This document shows positions 60,618 to 64,000 of a stretch of DNA of 64,000 bases, one piece after another; positions within the stretch are counted from its first letter, which is position 1, and each line of letters opens with the position of its first letter. The notes beneath the pieces were generated by a model. It worked only from the letters and a program-made list of their open reading frames with translations. It was not told the DNA's origin and ran no database searches. Origin of the DNA: Amoebophrya sp. A120 (Eukaryota > Protista > Dinoflagellata); the NCBI GenBank assembly GCA_905178155.1, contig CAJINV010000014.1:527040-591039 (forward strand), in the 5' to 3' direction. A program made the translations under genes and the position numbers.

Positions 60618-63600
60618 AACTTGTCCTGTCTCAGCCGCATGGTGTCTGCTTGTTGACGTCCGCACAGTAGAATCAGAAGGTGTAGTTGTAAAAACAGTGC
60701 CTGCTTGTTCTGGACGTCCGCACGGCAAGATCAGGAGGTGTACGTGTAGCAAGATGTATGCAGGGCAAAAAATCGAAGGAATGCTTTCAACAACAACAAC
60801 GTCCTGTGGAAATAAGCAGGTCCACCATTTGCAAATAAGTTTTGGTGCGCCCTCCTCTGGACTTTCGAGCATCAAAGTCAAAGTCCTGTATTTCTGCATG
60901 AGGAGTCAATCTGTGCTACGCCGCCAGGGGAGTTGTTCTCATGCAGGACCACAGTCATGGTCAAGCCGCCATCAACGCAACAAAACTACCTGTGAAGATG
61001 TAGTTGCGGGGGCATGATGTGTTCTATTACTATTTATGCGCCGTCCAGTACGTGCGCGACGGCGAGAAGTGGGCCACAACATGCAACATCTGTGGGGAAA
61101 AGGTAGTTCCAGTGGCGTAGCCGCTGACGTAATATTTTTTGCACTTGGTAAGCTAGATCGGCCTCAGGAGGGACGGGATGGCGCGGGTTCCAATACGAAT
61201 AGAAACCCACGTGACGGGGCAACCGGATCGATGCTATTGGTACACAGCTATCCCAGAATGTAGATCTGCCACGACTGCAAAGGTAAGACGGCACCTCGAC
61301 CGGAACTCCAGCAGGCCACATCAAAATGAAAATATTCATAAAAGTTTACGCACTTCTTGTTGCGGTTTTTTGCACGATTGTTGACTGAAGTGCGACGTTT
61401 ATATCCGAGAGCTTCGCTTTGCTGCGATTTATTGTACTTGTACTTCTACTTTGTTCTTCATCCACCTTGTGCTTGCGGTTGCGTAGTCATTATCACAGCT
61501 ACTAGTCATGCTATTCATTTTATTCTTACACTGCATAAAAAATGAGGTTGTTGACTGAGCAGTGCACACACTATCTTTCTCTGAACGGAGATCAAAAATT
61601 TATCATGTCGCTGGGCGAAGCGAGATCACACCAATGTTAATGTTTTGCATTCAGTTTTATTATTCGCGGCGTTCTACCAAAATAGAATTATCGGAACAAA
61701 CATGTTTGTAGTTGACTTGTAGTGATCTGAAAAATCAAAATCAAAATCAAATGAGCAAAATAGCGACGCGCGAAGAGCAAGAGCAACAGGGAGCAACCCG
61801 ACCACGACCTCGCCAGAAGTGGTCATCTTCAGCTCATATCTTGTTTCATCTTGTGTTTCATCTGTTTAGTATCACGCCGCAAAGTAGGGGAAAAAGTCGT
61901 TCTTGCAGTTGTTAGCGATGAAGAGGATCTCGCCGTTGTTCTATGTCGTGTTGCGACTCATTGCTTCTTGATCTTGATCAATCGGATTGAACCACCAGGA
62001 GCATTAACATGAAAAAGTCGAAACTTGCATCACAGGCTGCTTTTCCAACATCTCTCTGCGACCAAACAAACCGCGACAATTGTTAGGGCAAGGGCTTAGT
62101 ATTGACCGTCAAGAACCAGCGAGGCAAAATAGTGAAAGGGAGGACGAAACTGGTGGTAAGTACCATTGAAAAACATTCAACGTGAAAAAATGTGGGACTA
62201 CGAGAGGAACACCGAGAAGAGCATTAATCTGTGTGCCTGTGATGTTGTTCCCTAGCCACGATGAGTGCGACCACCACCTGTATGATTATTGAAAGTGCGT
62301 CTGCTTTAACATGCTGAGAGAGTCTCTATTTCCTTTGGTTTGGTTATTTTTACTTTTATGAGTTTCATCTCGACGTCTTTACGAAATGAAAATTGACAAA
62401 CAAATTTAAGATTCGTTTGCTCCAATCGCGACGAACGACAGATGACATCAAATAAGCTTTGGGTAATTTGAATTTGATGAAACAGTTCACTCCCCCGTCG
62501 TTAAGTGTACATAACTTGGAATCCTTCATGTCCTCTGTCTTCGGCGCTATACTAACTAAAGTAACTCTATCTCTAACTCTTCTATGCTCTACAATTACAA
62601 GTTTGCTGTGCACGCACACAATGCAGCAACGTACAGTTTCCAACCTCTTGGTATTACTTAGGTACCCAGTATGACAGGTTGAGTGATGGCGTCGGCGCTG
62701 GAACAGATTAGGATCGAGTATCTTACCTGGGTACTAGTACCAGCAACTTAGAAGTAGAACAGGAGACTTAGCCCCTACCATATGCCACATTTTGTCATGC
62801 TGAAATACGTAGATAACTAAAATAATAGGGCTGGCATGTGATGCCATATTTTTACAGTATCAATACGGAAATAACTACTTTATTACCGTGGATAAGATCT
62901 TTTTCGGCGCGATCAACTGTATGGAATTGGTAGGCGCCGGGAAATCATCAACACGGGAAACATAGTCTGCGTTGCGTGATGAAATGCTAGCCATACTAAC
63001 TAGAAGTGGTGGGTGCCTAATGTGTTACAGGTAAAAAATAAGCAAGAAATTGAGCCCAACGGGTTGATTCTTGTTGCTGCCTCGTCTGTCCCGCAGAGTC
63101 AAAGAAGGAACGGTGAAAGTGCAAGACCACGGAAGCGCTTTTATTCGTTACCCCGAAGGGCGTGCGTATGGCTGCAAAAAACAAGTCACTCTCTCTAGGT
63201 GCTCCTGCTAGCAAAACTTGTCACGCGCCGCTTGGAAATGGCGGGGCCGCAATCCAGAGAGAGTCGATGATCCTATGCATGATGGCAAGCGATTACCATA
63301 CATTATTCCCTTTTTGGTGATTTCCCGTGCCCGCCTAATTATACTCCCATAAACTGCGGCGAAATTTATACTAGTAATTTAATGTTTTCTTTATGAGATG
63401 CTGAAAAATGACATAGCTGTGATTGTGGGAAGCTTAGCTTAGCAACATGAAAATGCGCAAAAGAAAGTGTTTGTGTTGCTAAGATACAGACCGCCTTACT
63501 TTGTAAAAGACGAAAGAGCAGCAGCAGCTCTTGCAAACCGCAGCACAGAAAGAAAACAACGACTCGGCTGGTTAAGAGAGTTACAACAATAAACTAAAAG

Positions 63601-63910
63601 CATTCAATGAATTAACATGATCGATGCCAAACACTAGATGACAATGACATTCCTGAGTTGTTTTCTACTACGCCAGCCCTCCTGCTTGTTTTCTACTGTA
63701 CCGGATCACTCATAATCCTTTCGCCACGTGGACGTGTATTTTTTTTCTAGTAGTTCGACGTCGACCGCATTCCCTTCCTTGCGATCAATCAAGATCCTGG
63801 CACGCCCGAGCTTCTCTTAGTGTAATGGCTAACGCTAGAAGAAGACACATTCAGGACTCTATGCGCCATGTGCTTTGGAGCGAGGTAACAAAATAAAACA
63901 AGAGGGCCTC

Positions 63911-63954
63911 GGGGGACCTCTTGTCCGCCCGGCCGGGTGGACAAGAGGTCCCCC
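63911..63954. repeat. 44-bp near-perfect GC-rich palindrome
   Basis: GGGGGACCTCTTGTCCGCCCGG|CCGGGTGGACAAGAGGTCCCCC, one mismatch. Confidence 0.85.
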
Positions 63955-64000
63955 CCTTTCGCTGCCGGAGCGGCTGGCTCGCAGAAGTCCCCCCGCGTCG

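Noticed and set aside
61034-61339. 101-aa minus-strand ORF as first exon of the large 49-60 kb gene
   Set aside because: Plausible, but I could not establish in-frame junctions to the downstream exons.
62781-62848. Intergenic TAT...ATA segment containing TTTGTCATGC
   Set aside because: No TSD and only a weak inverted repeat; not supportable as an element.

Overview
Eukaryotic (alveolate-like) genomic DNA. All 7 recognisable genes lie on the minus strand: a small secreted Cys-rich protein, a ~4290-aa low-complexity protein, an LMBR1/LIMR membrane protein, PP4R3/SMEK, a J-domain protein, PIG-T and a very large unknown protein. The dominant feature is about 47 short (108-335 bp) non-coding insertions of about 10 families, all inside coding exons. 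Nearly all start TAT and end ATA, carry terminal inverted repeats (TIRs) and are flanked by a 5-bp target-site duplication (TSD; perfect in 33). Removing the element plus one TSD restored the reading frame at every perfect-TSD junction I traced. They occur in both orientations, cannot give GT-AG or GC-AG ends, and share an internal TGT(C/G/A)ATGC motif. They therefore look like MITE-type DNA transposons acting as non-canonical introns (introners), alongside a few ordinary GT-AG introns. This fits published descriptions of the parasitic dinoflagellate Amoebophrya, but the organism assignment is an inference. Coordinates were read by eye and no transposase gene was seen.
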